DNA of 64,000 nucleotides, taken from Octopus vulgaris. Lineage: Eukaryota. Both the position numbers and the translations under genes were made by a program. Below are positions 26,120-40,004 of this stretch, in pieces. The stretch is taken from positions 10,354,001-10,418,000 of the forward strand of contig OX597837.1 in assembly GCA_951406725.2 (NCBI GenBank), in the 5' to 3' direction. Each line of letters starts with the position of its first letter. Position 1 is the stretch's first letter. Below the pieces are notes generated by a model. It ran no database searches and had not been told where the DNA came from. It saw only the letters and a list, made by a program, of their open reading frames with translations.

Positions 26120-26705
26120 GCTGATGGTGGCGGCGGCGGTGGTGGTGGTGACGACGGAGGCGGCGGCGGCGGCTTTGGAAAATAGCGATGGTGATGGTGG
26201 CGAGGGGGAGGGGCGATATTGGTAGCGGTGGCGGCGAGGATATTGATGGAAGTAGTAATGATTGTGGTACAGGTGGTGGTGGTGGTGGTGGAACTAGTAT
26301 TAGTAGATGGTAATCATATACTAACAATGGCGGCGATGGCGGCGGCTGTAGTTGTTGTTTAGCCCCAGGCCAATCCCGACCGCGCAGCTGACTTATCAAC
26401 CTGATATCGTAGCCGTGATTAATCGTTTTTTTTTTTGTTTGTTCGTTTTTGGTTTTTTTTTTTTAGGGTGGTACATATAGGGTCCGTTACTATTTGAGGC
26501 AGAGTTTCCAGTTCTTATTTCTAGCAGAACCACCATCCACGTAGAGGAAACCACCGTGTTTTTTTTAGTTCTGGTGATGATGATGATACCGGTTGTTATA
26601 GGAGCAGGGACAGTTGTGGTGGTGGTGGCGATGATGATGATGATTATGATGGTGGTGATGATGATGATGATGATGAAGAAGATGATGATGGTGATGACGA
26701 CGGCA
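26120..26705. repeat. (GGC/GGT)n and (GAT)n trinucleotide tracts
   Basis: Seen directly at 26120-26350 and 26575-26705. Confidence 0.85.
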
Positions 26706-26839
26706 GCAATGGCAAAACCTCAGAGTATCCGAAGAGCCAATGGTCTTGTTCAAGGTTTCGGCGAACCCACTCACTAAGACCGGACGCTGTTGCCCCCCTG
26801 ACCTACTCGACCACACACCCACCCACATACATCTTTTAT

Positions 26840-27033
26840 CCTTTCCTTGTCCCAGTCATTAGACTGCGGCCATGCTAGGGCACCGCTTGAAGAATATACT
26901 AGTTTTGTAGGTTTTTTTGTTTTTTTTTGTAAAACCCAGTACTTCTTCTACCGGTCACTTATGCCGACTCGCAAAGTTACGATGACGCAAATACCCCAGG
27001 ATAGGTTGTCGGGTACACACAGAGACACATACT

Positions 27034-27100
<67 letters not shown>

Positions 27101-27579
27101 GTGCGAAATTGCAATGATCATTCGGACATCGGCTGATGGCGAATGAGCTACGAATTTTCCGTTTGTCAGATTCTTGTAAAATTGTACGTTTCCTGAGTTT
27201 CTGTTAAATTTTTGAAATTACACACACACACACACGCTCATGCATTTACTTTGCAAGTTTCCTGATGTGAAATACGGTGTTGAAATAGATACTGTTATAT
27301 TTGGACTAAACAGGGCAGGGGGCGTCTAAGCCGGGTTTAAATTTTATTGGACTCTTTATGTCGAACCGCTAAGTTGCAGACCAACCCCGTTTGTCAAGCG
27401 GTGCTGCAGGGGAAATACAAAGACACACACACACACAAGCCTTTAGCCGAAAAAAAAAATGACACCAGGGCTTAATCTTTGTAAGGTCTAATACTTTTTC
27501 TATCGGATCTCTTTTGCCGAACCACTACGTTACGGGGACGCAAACACCGACATCGATGGTCAACTTATGGTGGGGATGC

Positions 27580-27651
<72 letters not shown>

Positions 27652-27770
27652 TTATTTATTAGATGAGCTTCTTTCAGTTTCCGTCAACCAAATCCACTCA
27701 CAAGGCTTTGGTTGACCCGAGTCTATAGCAGAAGATACTTGCCCAAGTTATCATGCAATGGGACCGTACA
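26840..27770 (-). mobile_element. Several diverged SINE family A fragments separated by other sequence
   Basis: Tail motifs at 26840-27010 and 27350-27560; head-side motifs at 27665-27770. Confidence 0.6.
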
Positions 27771-28410
27771 CGATAAACGAATAAAGCATTCGCTCCAGGG
27801 ATGCACTCGGGGAGGAGGTGGGTACCCCTGCGTACCGTCAGCCGATTCCTCTTTTTTGCCAAATGAGCGGGCTGCAGCAATGTTAAAATAAAGTATTTTG
27901 CGCAAAAATACAACTTATCGCCCGGTACTGGAATCGAAACTGCAATCTCACTATCACGAGCCTAACTACAAAGCCACACTCTTCCACTCGTGCGTGCGCC
28001 CCAACTTTGCCCCCACCCCACCTCCCCAGCTGCTTGACGACTTGCATTGACTTGGTTACGTTCCTGTTATCTAGTGGTTCAGCAAAGGTGTTCGATAGAA
28101 TATGTGCCCGGTTTAAAAACCAAAGGAAAGAAAAACAAGTACTAGGGACGATTTGCCCGATTAAACCCTTCAAACGGGTGGCCATGCATGACTGCAACAT
28201 AATGGCTGAGGAAAGTACAATAACTTTATACACACATGCGCGCGCGCAACGGCATCCTTCAATTTAGAACTAACTCATCTGTAGCTTTGATATTTGAAGA
28301 ATTCTAAATCCAACACAACGGAAATACGTAAGGGACAATAATTTATCTATCGGGTTCATCTTTGAACTTCATTATAAAATAAACCCTATACTGTGTGCGT
28401 ACAGCCGCAT

Positions 28411-28715
28411 ACAGGCACTCCATCGGTTACCATGACGAGGGCTCTAGTTCATCCGATCAACGGAAATTAAAGTCAAATCAACGTGCAAAGTGGCTGAGCA
28501 CCCCACATACACTCGCACCCTTAATGCAGTTCTCAGGGAGAGACAGCGTGGCATTGAATGTGACAAGGCCGGCCCTTGTACAACTAATTTTTGCCAGCTG
28601 AGTGCACTGGTGCAACGAGAAATAAAGTGTCTCGCTCAGGGCCACAAGGCACCCTCCAGCAATCGAACCCGTGAACTTACGATCGCAAGCCGAATACCCC
28701 TAACCGCTAAGCCAC
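28411..28715 (-). mobile_element. tRNA-derived SINE family C (CORE/Meta-like central block)
   Basis: Minus strand GTGGCTTAGCGGTTAGG...GGGTTCGATTGC head, then CCTGAGCGAGACACTTTATTTC...CACTCAGCTGGCAAAAA. Confidence 0.75.
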
Positions 28716-28824
28716 GGAGCGTCAGTGTATACGCATAAATACACGCACATTGAGTTACTTTATATCACGGTAATTAATCAACAGTTCAATAACTGCAGTG
28801 ATACTTCGATTAACATGCATAGAA

Positions 28825-29060
28825 ACTTGAAAATTAGAAAATGAGATGTTCGCCTTCTGCCTCAATCAAATAAAGAAAGTGTCTGGCGTTCACACGAGAT
28901 CGTCTTGACACGAAGATACAATTTATACCAAGAGAAAAACAGTCTCGGTTTACCATTTCTTGATGATCAGGAAACGAGTAATTCCCAGCACTGGAAATTG
29001 GAGCCTTCATGGTATAAGTGTATCAAAGAATACACTACGCTTCGGTTCAGTCTTGTAATT
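28825..29060 (+). pseudogene. Decayed Penelope-like reverse transcriptase fragment
   Basis: Across frameshifts reads LDTKIQF / EKNSLGLPFLD ... LEPSWYK ... LRF, matching the PLE RT pattern I.FT.E.....LPFLD...WY.K....L.F. Confidence 0.5.
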
Positions 29061-29130
29061 TATTGCTTCTGGTGAATCTAAAGATACACACACACACACA
29101 CACACACACACTATACATATACATATATAT

Positions 29131-29292
29131 ACTGCGGCCATGGAGCACCAGCCTTAGCCGAACAAATCGACCCCAGAGTGACTTCTTTGTAAGCCGAGTA
29201 CTACTTCTATCGGTCTATTTTGCCGAACCGCTAAGTTACGGGGACGTAAACACATAAATATCAGGGGCGGGGGAACAAACACACACAAATGC

Positions 29293-29328
<36 letters not shown>

Positions 29329-29483
29329 ATGTATATACATACACGACGGCCTTTCAGTTTCTGTCTAGCAAATCTACTCGCAAGGCTTTAGTCGGCCCGA
29401 GCAGAAGACACTCGCCCAAGGACTGAACCTGGTACCATGTCGTTGGGAAACAAGCTTCTTACCACACAGCCACTCCTACGCCT
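29131..29483 (-). mobile_element. SINE family A
   Basis: Family motifs. Confidence 0.85.
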
Positions 29484-29837
29484 ATGTATTTTTATTCATT
29501 AATCATACCCACACAACATAGTGAAATATGTAACAATGTATTACCGCTAACAAGCGTCTTTGTGCTTGTTGAACCCAACGAAGCGCATCGTGGTTAATAT
29601 TGCCATATCTGGCTTGTCAAATGTCTCTTCGCTTTACTCGTATTCATGCACCCCGACATAATACAGTGACAGAACCGTTAGAACGCCCAACACTTTCTGC
29701 TCTTTACATTTTAGACTCAAAACCCCACCGAAGTTGAGATAGTTCTCTCCGTTCGCGGGTAATCTAAGCTAAAGCGTCGGTCAAATACTGGATGAAGTAA
29801 TTTGGAAAGAATGGAATAGCCGAAATAAATAAATGGT

Positions 29838-29925
29838 GATCCTTCGGTATACGTACCGTAAGTAGCTTTGTTTACATTTCTGAAGATAACAGAAACCCTT
29901 TTCTCCCACCCATAACCCTAACACC

Positions 29926-29975
<50 letters not shown>

Positions 29976-30025
29976 AACACTTTCTTGATATGTATCCGGT
30001 ACTTCCGGTACGTATACCGAATTTA
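29838..30025. mobile_element. MITE family M2 (TIR core TTCGGTATACGTACCG)
   Basis: Inverted termini; opposite-orientation copy at 47300-47463; shares GATC..TTCGGT end and TTTACATTT/ACCCTAA core with M1. Confidence 0.75.
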
Positions 30026-30721
30026 CGCCAAACAAATAAATAAACAAAATGAAATGACCAGTTTTCACTTGAAAACTCCCATCAACCTCGGTGCCGCCGC
30101 TAACACGATTACCATCACAATCACCGGTATGATCCAGTTAGGCACCTTCTGAGAACACACTTGTCTCCCTAAAAGTAGCAGCCAAGTCTCTTGCTATCGT
30201 TACAAGAAAATAAAAAAAATGGTGACTATTTGATAATGTAATAATTCTAAAAGGCACAATTTCGGGAAAGGAAGGAGAGACAGTCACGGTTAGAATGCAT
30301 TTGACAGCGATACCTCATACCTGATCCGAAAAGACCGAGAGAGCTAAACAGCAATATTTTACGATCTAACGGACAAGTTTACGAATAACAAAATGGCGGA
30401 TTAAAAATACTCCAGGAAGAGAGATCTGCATAGACGTAGGTATAGCTGAATGGTTGAGAAGAATGCTTTGCAAAGCTATGGTTTTGAAATCAACCCCTCT
30501 GCGTAGAGGCTCCAGCAAGGGCCATCTACAATAGCCTCTGGCCAACCAATGCCTTGCGAGTGAAAATGGCAGACTGAAACTATATGGAACCCCACCGTTT
30601 TTACATACATACATGCATAGACAGACAGATACCATTGTATGATGACATCAGGTAACCAATAGCAGCAGACGAGCTTTGCATGATATACTAAAAAGTTTAT
30701 ATGTTTGTACACGTGTGGGGG

Positions 30722-30764
<43 letters not shown>

Positions 30765-30767
<3 letters not shown>

Positions 30768-30934
30768 GGAGTTGCTGTGTAGTAAGTAGCTTACTTACCA
30801 GTCACATGGCTCCGGGTTCAGTCCCACTGCGTGGCACCTTGGGCAAGTGTGTTCTACTATAACCTCGGGCCGACCAAAACCTTGTGAGTGGATTTGGTAG
30901 ACGGAAACTGAAAGAAGCCCGTCGTATATATATA

Positions 30935-30970
<36 letters not shown>

Positions 30971-31129
30971 TCCCGCCAACATTGTTTGACAATCGATGCG
31001 GTTCGGCAAAAGAAGCCGATAGAATAAGTACTAGGCTTACAAAGAATAAGACCTGGGGTTGATTTGCTCGACTAAAGGCGGTGCTCCAGAATGGCCAGTC
31101 AAATGACCGAACCAAGTAAAAGAGCAAAA
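30765..31129 (+). mobile_element. SINE family A (diverged pieces also at 30430-30600 and 31265-31470)
   Basis: Family motifs. Confidence 0.9.
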
Positions 31130-31137
31130 ACAGTGTG

Positions 31138-31203
<66 letters not shown>

Positions 31204-31854
31204 GGCCGGGCTTTCACTTACAATGTGTCTTTGTATTTGCTCGCTCTCTCTCTCTCTCTCTCTCTGCGCTTGACAAGTGTTGATTTGTTCACGACCTCGT
31301 AACTTACTGCTTCGGCAAAAGATGCCGATAGTATAAGTACCAGACATTGAAAGAAAAAAATAAAATACATACATATGGGGTGGAATGTGGGGTGCGATGT
31401 CTTCAACTAAAAGTGTACTAGGCGGCGCCCAAGCACGGCCGCAATCCAATGACCGAAGCAAGACGAAGATAAAAGAAAGTACTTTACGGAACGTGTGCGG
31501 GAAACGATCTTCTCAGATGCAAATAATTAGAGGCCTGGAAGCTCATTCTGAGAGGGATTATATCTGGAGAGCGAGCGAGAGAGAGAGAGAAGGAACGGGA
31601 ATGGCAAGGGAGGTAACTCTAATTAGATCAGTCGATTGAAATTTTGGCTGGAGCGAAGGTGGGTGCGGCTTTAAAGACAATATGAAGAACAATAGAGATA
31701 ACGGACTGCACCCACCACCACCCAATCACCGCTATCCCTGTATCATAAATCGCGCCATCATCATTCATCACCTCTCCAAATTATAGAACCATCGAAACCA
31801 TTATCATTAGCCGTCACCATCGCCACCGCCGCCACACTGCCATTGTCAGTGTTG

Positions 31855-32070
31855 TCATCATCATCATCATCACATCACCATCATCATCAGATCATCATCA
31901 TCATCATCACCACCACATCATCATCATCACATCATCATCGTCATCACCACCACATCATCATCGTCATCATCATATCATCACCACCACCATCATCATCGTC
32001 ATCATCATCACATCATCATCATCACCACCACCATCATCACATCATCACCATCACCATCATCATCACCATC
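31855..32070. repeat. (CAT/CAC)n trinucleotide tract
   Basis: Seen directly. Confidence 0.9.
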
Positions 32071-32083
32071 AGTAGAGGCATAC

Positions 32084-32430
32084 CCCTAACCAACTGTACA
32101 AAACGGCATTTTTGAAAGTAGACCAGCTTCTCTCTCTCTCCCTCTCTCTCTCTCTCTTTCTAAGTTTTGTGTTCGCGAGTTCGTCGTCTCACTGCTTGGC
32201 TGGCTGGCTGTTTTTGTGTGGAGAGAGCAGTGCCGAACGAAGTGCACTAAACGACCTGATCTTGCCGTGTACGCGTGTGTACATGTGTGTATGTGTACGT
32301 ACGTGTGTATACGTGTGTGTGTGTATGTGTGTCCTCGTTAGAGCTGTGAGTTGTGTGGGAAGAATGTCTTCTGCAAGCGTCCACTGATGCAGCCGTTTTC
32401 GGGTGAATAGCAAATGACGTGTGTAGTATA
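32084..32430 (-). other. Speculative first exon or 5' region of a minus-strand transcript
   Basis: Unique CpG-containing sequence; minus-strand TCAGT Inr-like motif near 32385; AAAAATG at 32109 (MPFCTV); donor-like TG/GTTAGG after 32091 or GG/GTATGC after 32084. Confidence 0.2.
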
Positions 32431-32439
32431 TAGACACGA

Positions 32440-32852
32440 TCGAGCTAGCGAGAGAGAGGAAGAGAAAGAGATAGGGAGAGAGGAAGGTGGGGGAAAGGAA
32501 TTAGAGAGAGTGAAAGGAAAAGTAGAGATAGAGGGGGTGGGAGATTTGAGAGAGAGATAGAGGAAGGAGGAGGGGAAAAGAATTGGAGAGAGAGTGAAAG
32601 GAAAAGTAGAGATAGATAGAGGGGGTCGTGGGAGAGTTGAGGGTGATGTGATGAAGGAGGAGAAGAGAAGAGAGGGGAGTAAGAGAAGATGAAGAGCGAC
32701 GGAGGAGGCGAATTAATAAAAAGATGGGAAAGGAAGGGGAGGGAGGAAGAAAGAAGAATAGCAAGAGGTGCACGGCGGGGAGGGAGGGGAGAGGAGAACG
32801 GGGAGGCAGAAAGATAGAAGCGAGAGGAATGAAGAAGTAATAAAACAGAGCA

Positions 32853-32897
<45 letters not shown>

Positions 32898-32900
32898 TGG
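32440..32900. repeat. Polypurine (GA-rich) tract
   Basis: Seen directly. Confidence 0.85.
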
Positions 32901-33156
32901 GGATGGGATGGTGAGAGTGCAATCATAAAAAGAAGAGCGCGCGGCGGCGGTGGTGGAGTTGGTGGTGGGGGGAGGAGAATTTTCAAACAACCCTGCTCAG
33001 CAGAAATATCTACGGCGCAATTTATACACACACACATATACACACACGTACATATACACACACACACAAACGCACATTACACCTTACACATGCACTATTA
33101 TACACACAGCAGCCACAGTATTAAAAATACCAGGAGTCAGAGAGTGTAAACACAGC

Positions 33157-33202
<46 letters not shown>

Positions 33203-33470
33203 TAGATAGATATATATGATGTGTGTTAGTGTAGCCACACTATGGTTTTGATTTGATGCGATGTGGAGGTAGTAATAAGCGGATATAGGGTGGTAGCTAA
33301 TAGTATGATAGTAATAGAATTACTGTAACACTACACTATATTAAGACCGTGGCAGTCGTGACGGCGTCGGAGACGTCGGTCGGGGAAATCCGCGATGGCA
33401 AAATATCCGTTGCATCGCCATGGAATTCACGGGTGACTGCACCTAAGTGTTCCACAGATTCGGGTACAAA

Positions 33471-33505
<35 letters not shown>

Positions 33506-33648
33506 CTCTGTCTCTCTCTCTCTCTCTCATATATATAATGTGTGCGTGCGTGTATGTGTATATATATATATATATAACACTAGGGTGGAAAATAGCAGGC
33601 TTTAATAGCAAATCACACCCGGATTATACTAAATACACACACATACAC

Positions 33649-33705
<57 letters not shown>

Positions 33706-34297
33706 TATATATATATACCCTTAATATATTTTTCAGACATGGTTCACTTTCTAAAATAACTGGTACAGTCGATAGAAGGGTAGATAGGCAGAAAAAATAG
33801 AAAAGGGCGGGGGAAGAAAAATCGATTATAGAAGTTTTTATAAAGATTTTTTTTTCTTTCTATTTCATCCATTTATCGATCCCCCTCCCCCACCAAGAAA
33901 AAAAAAGAAGAAAAAATCTAGAAATAGATGAAAGGCAAAGTTGAACTCGTCCAGATTCGAACTCGTACCGGAAAGAACACCACAATACGTTTATATCCGA
34001 TCATCTAACGACTCTGCTAATTCGCCAGGATTGATCAGGACGTTGACATCCTTTTCTAAGTAGGGCACTGGCTACATTCTTAATCCCTACTGCTACGTTG
34101 CGGAAATGAAACCGAAAGCCGCTCTTCTTGTACGTGAACTTAGAAGTCTCAAAGTGATGCGACTAAAGGCGGAAAAGAAAAACAAGGGGGTGGGGCAGAC
34201 AGGTGTCCATCTCAACCATCAATAATAACGGTTATAAATTTTGAAACAAAACTAGTAGAAGGGGCTAAGGAAAGTCAATTCTATCGACTCTTATACT

Positions 34298-34527
34298 TGG
34301 CGAGCTGGCAGAACCGTCAGCACGCCGGGCGAAATGCTTAGCGGTATTTCGTCTGCCGTTACGTTCTCAGTTCGAATTCCGCCGAGGTCGACTTTGCGTT
34401 TCATCCTTTCGGGGTCGATAAATTAAGTACCAGTTACGCACTGGGGTCGATATAATCGACTTCTTAATCCGTTTGTCTGTCCTTGTTTGTCCCCTCTGTG
34501 TTTAGCCCCTTGTGGGTAATAAAGAAG
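34298..34527 (+). mobile_element. SINE family B, full monomer (diverged inverted copy follows at 34540-34685)
   Basis: GGCGAGCTGGCAGAA head through GTAATAAAGAA tail. Confidence 0.9.
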
Positions 34528-34707
34528 CATATGCTTGCCTCGTACTTTTATTATCGACCCTGAAGGATTAAAGGCAGAGATGAGCCCGCGGAATTTCAAC
34601 GTAAATTGCGCGAACATAAATACGGACGAAACACTACTAGGCATTTTTGTCCGGCGTCCAAACGATTCGGTCAGCTCTCTGCCTTTAAACCATATAACAA
34701 CAACAAT

Positions 34708-35062
34708 AGGCGCAAGAGTGGTTGTGGGGTAAGTAGCTTGCTTACCAACCACATAGGTCCGGGTTCAGTCCCACCGCGTGACACCTTGGGTAGGAGTCTT
34801 CCATTATTGTTTCGGGCCGACCAAAGCCTTGTGAGTGGATTTGGTAGACATATATGTATGTGTGTGTATGTTTGTCCCCTCCCCCACAACATCGCTTGAC
34901 AACATTTGCTGGTGTGTTTACGTCCCCCGTAACTTAGCGGTTCGGCAAAAGAGACCGATAGAATAATAAGTACTAGGCTTACAAAGAAGAAGTCCTGTGG
35001 TCGATTTGCTCGACTACAGGCGGTGCTCCAGCATGGTCACAGTCAAATGACTGAAAGAGCAA

Positions 35063-35064
<2 letters not shown>
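34708..35064 (+). mobile_element. SINE family A followed by (TAA)n
   Basis: Family motifs. Confidence 0.9.
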
Positions 35065-35114
<50 letters not shown>

Positions 35115-35183
35115 GCCACAGATTTTCATAAATAAATACGACTCCTCTATGAGTGGCATGTCAGGTGTGGAGAGGCACTTACT

Positions 35184-35230
<47 letters not shown>

Positions 35231-35695
35231 TGTGTGTGTGTGTGTTAAAAAATGCTATGTGGCAATAAAATGCTTCGGTTGATCTACTCCTCAACGCAAA
35301 CAAGCCATTTTTGGGTCTACCAATAAATAAACCCTTCTCTATTTTCTAGGTCCTAGAACCCTGAAAATCGAAAATAAACGTTAATTGGTCTTATCAGTAC
35401 CAGAAAAGTGATTTTCTAGCGGTTCATGAAATAAGAAGGGGTCAGTTCGTGATGTCAATACACATTCACTCGTACATCGAACATAAATAACGATGAAGCG
35501 AGTGGGGCGGACGGGGTGGTGGTGGCGTCATTTCAATCTGTGGTGTGTCTCTAAGACTGGATGGAGAGATATATTTACGCGCTGTGTGTGTACGGGCACA
35601 GAACAAAGAGAAAGAAAGAGAGAGTGCTTGCTTTTCTTTTCTACAAAATTGATATAAAATTATCGCTTTTTTTTCCATTCATCAGAATTTGCTTC

Positions 35696-36124
35696 GGATC
35701 TTTTCGATTTGAACGGCAGTTTTTTCTAGCGGTGTCATATGAAATTGTCACCCATAATTATAACCCTAGAATCGATCTATTGCATTTCAATCTCTTTTAG
35801 GGTTAGGGTGGGTTAGGGTTAGGGGTGAGGGAAGGGTATCTTTTTTCTTCACAAATGTAAATAAACCCAATCTGTTTCTTAAACAGAGGGACATATTCAT
35901 ACGGCACAGAATGCTTTTTACCTCAATAGACGTCAGTGATTGGCTGAAATTGCAGAAATTGAAGAAAAAAAAACAACAAATATCTTAGAAAGGATATGGA
36001 ATTTCTTCAATAAAGCCAAGAGAAAAAGATGTTTTATAAACACATTCTACCAGTATAAGAAGTTTAAAATTTTTTAGTTACCTAGAAATTATGCTAAAAA
36101 CTGCCGTTCAAACCGAAAAGATCC
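35696..36124. mobile_element. MITE family M1
   Basis: Both TIRs; TTAGGG repeats at 35796-35824; no clear TSD. Confidence 0.9.
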
Positions 36125-36619
36125 GCAAACTTGTATAAGAACACAGTTTCAAATAAAATAAACTTGAAAAAATTTATGACACCCTACCTGATAAGAGTCG
36201 AGGCCTTCGTGAAAGTGTGTTATTGAGGCGTTTTTCCCTAATTCCTCTGTGGTTTTGTTTGTTGGCATTAAGTAAGGTCTTTAGAAGCCAGTATCCGATG
36301 TAGCGTCAGTCACGTATGTATGTTTCTGAAAGAAAAGGAAGTAAAGAAAAATTAACATTTTTTTGTAAAAGTCAGCCATTTATGTCGCAAGACAAAACCC
36401 ATATATGACAGTAAACCCAACAGAAGGACATATTGAAAAATACTGAATTTTGTCTTCGTATCTTCTTTCAACATCTGCAGTACGTTTTATCGACTGGGGT
36501 TTTACAATCACATCTATTGTAAAAACAATATCAACAACAAGAAAAATAATTCTTTCTACTACAGACACACGGTGCGACATTTTGAGGGAAGGGGACAAGA
36601 CGACTGAATCACCGTCAGT

Positions 36620-37242
36620 TCTAAAATGGCGCTTTATTCTATCGATTCGAAAAGGATCAATGATAGCATCAATCGCAACGGAATTCGAACTCGGAACGTA
36701 ATAACCGACCAAACGCTGCTAAACGCTAACAACCAATAATATGGCTGTTTCAAATTTTGGCACAAGGCCAGCAGTTTCTGGAGGAAAGAGAAAGTCAACT
36801 TCATCAATCCCAAAGCACAACTGGTACCTATTGATAAACATGAAAGGCAAAGTCGACTACGGCGGGATTTGAACTCAGAACGTAAAGATGGAGGAAATGC
36901 CGCTAAGCATTTCGTCCGGTGCACTAACGATTCTGCCAGCACACCACCTTAACAACAACAACTGCCACAAGGGCTGCAATTTTGGGAGAGTAAATGAATC
37001 GAGCATATCGACCCCAGTGCATAACTGGTACTTATTTTAATCGACCCCACAAGGAGCTAAACATAGAGGGGACAAACAAAGACAGACACACAGATTTAAG
37101 TCGATTATATCGACGCCAGTGCGCAACTAGTACTTAATTTATCGACCTCGAAAGGATGAAAGGCAAAGTAGACCTCGCCGGAATTTGAACTCAGAACGTA
37201 ACGGCAGGCGAAATACCGCTAGGCATTTCGCCCGGCGTGCCA
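36620..37242 (-). mobile_element. Cluster of SINE family B copies
   Basis: Three reverse-complement cores of differing divergence. Confidence 0.8.
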
Positions 37243-37762
37243 AATAATAACGACGATGATGATGACGAGGCACAAAGCCAAAATTTTTGGGAATCATCGA
37301 TTACATTTCCTTTCAGTTACTAGACCAATACTTGTAAGTTATCTGTCGCGGAAGGATGAAAGACGAATTTATTTTATTTTATTTATATTTGAAACAGTGT
37401 TTCAAATATATAAATAGTACTTAGCGGAAATATCCATTCTTCTAAGAAGGTAAAATAAAAAAAAAAAAAAAAAAAAAAAAACCATCTCTCTTAACATGCA
37501 GCGAACTCCATAATTTCCACTAAATAATTGCTCCCTTCTTGTCAGCTCACAACGTACCCCAACGGAGAGCCATCACAGTTAGTTAGGGACTACTTAATTA
37601 GATCGACTGAGACCCAGACCAGAAGTTCTCAATAAAGGTCCATATAAGTTTTCCCTAAAAAAAAATAATCTTTTTTAAATGGACAAACCATTGCTAGAAA
37701 AGAATATCTCCACACCTTAAATGCTTCAGATCAGAAGTGAATCGGAACAAAAGCCTTATCGT

Positions 37763-37806
<44 letters not shown>

Positions 37807-38173
37807 TAGTACGATAGATCAAATGGGAACTTATGACCCCAGCAATTGTCAAACAGACACAGTAACGTATTAATTACAAACACAGATATAAAAACAAAAA
37901 ATAGTTTTAAAAAATTATATATCACCGCCGTTTAAGCCGGTAGACTAGTTGGCACGCCGCGTTAAGTGCTTAGCGGCATTTCGTCCGTCGCCACGTTCTG
38001 AGTTCAAATTCCGCTGAGGTCGACTTTGCCATTCGTCTTCATCATCACCATTATTATTATTATCATTATCACCATCATCATCATCATTATTATTATAATA
38101 TTCGCAAGCTTTACGTGCTACTGTTCTTCCATAATACACGTACAAGTGTCAGTATATATATATATATATACAT

Positions 38174-38226
<53 letters not shown>

Positions 38227-38589
38227 CACATACATATATACATATATATATATACATACACATACACACACACAAGTATACATAATATACACATACGCAT
38301 ATATATACGCGCGCACACACACCTACCTACACGCCTTGTTGAGCCTGTCATGTATTCTATCAGTCGAATATTGCTGTTATCCGAAACTACTAATCGTTGA
38401 GCATTAAAAAACAAACAAAAGAAAACAAGCAAAAAAAAACAAAAAAACCAGTACACACAGGCATGTATCATCTGAGTGTGTGTCTGTATCTGCATGAACA
38501 CACACACATGTCCTACTAAATGTCTATACATATATGCATACATATTACAATAAGTCACTGGGTATGCATCTTATTACTTTTTTATATAC

Positions 38590-38670
<81 letters not shown>

Positions 38671-38970
38671 CCTAGCTTCTTATACGTCTTATTTAGCTAT
38701 TTATCCTACGGTACATCATTGTAACAAATCTAGTTTGACAAGCGTTTCATGTTCACTATACAGAAAAACACACATATATACATATCTATTGGAGCATACA
38801 CGTACATACATATATATATATATGGACGCACACACACACACACATATATATATATGGACATACACAGACACACGCACATACATGTTATGTAGATGCATTA
38901 TACAAACGAGTTGCTATTAATATTTTCCATTGATGAGCGATTTTCAAAGCGTGTTTGTACCAACTCAATA

Positions 38971-39001
<31 letters not shown>

Positions 39002-39532
39002 GAACGTTCTGTGCCAATCTCTCTCTCTCCCTTTCTGCGCTAACTTGCTTCTTACACATGTCAGTATTAACACACACACACACACGTGTTTGCCATGTCA
39101 ATTTACATTAGCGCATAAATGTACAATTTATATGTATCTACTACGTGTTTATAAACACGTTTATATACACATATGAATACATAAGGAATAATTATTAGCA
39201 GTACTGGACATAAAATATACATTCAAAACACACACACACGATGATCAGCATCACCATCATCGTAGTTTCTGAGCTTACATGAATCAGAATTCACTGACGT
39301 ATTTTTTCCCAAGGCTGGGTTGCCCATGCTGTCGCCAACCCTCAACCGTTACAAATTCAGGTATCACCAAAAGGCAAGATGCGTTTTCAACGAAGATTGA
39401 AAATAAACGGAACCGCTTTATACGACGACGTCACAAGTTTACAAGTAACACGTGATAACAGGACATGGATGGACACACACACACATACACATACACACTG
39501 CATGTATTACACATGTATGTCTGTTTAAAATA

Positions 39533-39942
39533 TATTTCTTTATTGCCCACAAGGGGCTAGACACAGAGAGGACAAACAAGGACAGACAAACGGATTAAGT
39601 CGATTATATCGACCCCAGTGCGTAACTGGTACTTAATTTATCGACCCCGAAAGGCTGAAAGGCCAAGTCGACCTCGGCGGAATTTGAACCCAGTACGTAG
39701 CGGCAGACGAAATACCTATTTCTTTACTACCCACAAGGACCTAAACACAGAGGGTACAAACAAGGGCAGACAAACGGATTAAGTCGATTATATCGACACC
39801 AGTGCGTAACTGGTACTTAATTTATCGACCCCGAAAGGCTGAAAAGGCAAAGTCGACCTCGGCGGAATTTGAACCCAGTACGTAGCCGCAGACGAAATAC
39901 TGCAAAGCATTCCACCCGGCGTGCTAACGATCTTGCCAGCTC
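39533..39942 (-). mobile_element. SINE family B head-to-tail dimer
   Basis: About 185-bp body repeated; junction GAAATACCTATTTC at 39709-39722. Confidence 0.9.
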
Positions 39943-40004
39943 AATGTCTGTTTAAAATAATGGGAAAAGAACTCCATTCGTAAAACGGGACGTATACATG
40001 ATTA

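Noticed and set aside
31843-32115. Poly-His/Ser ORF as a transcription-factor exon
   Set aside because: (CAT)n tract with frame-shifting interruptions and no flanking domain; the same applies to 26556-26828.
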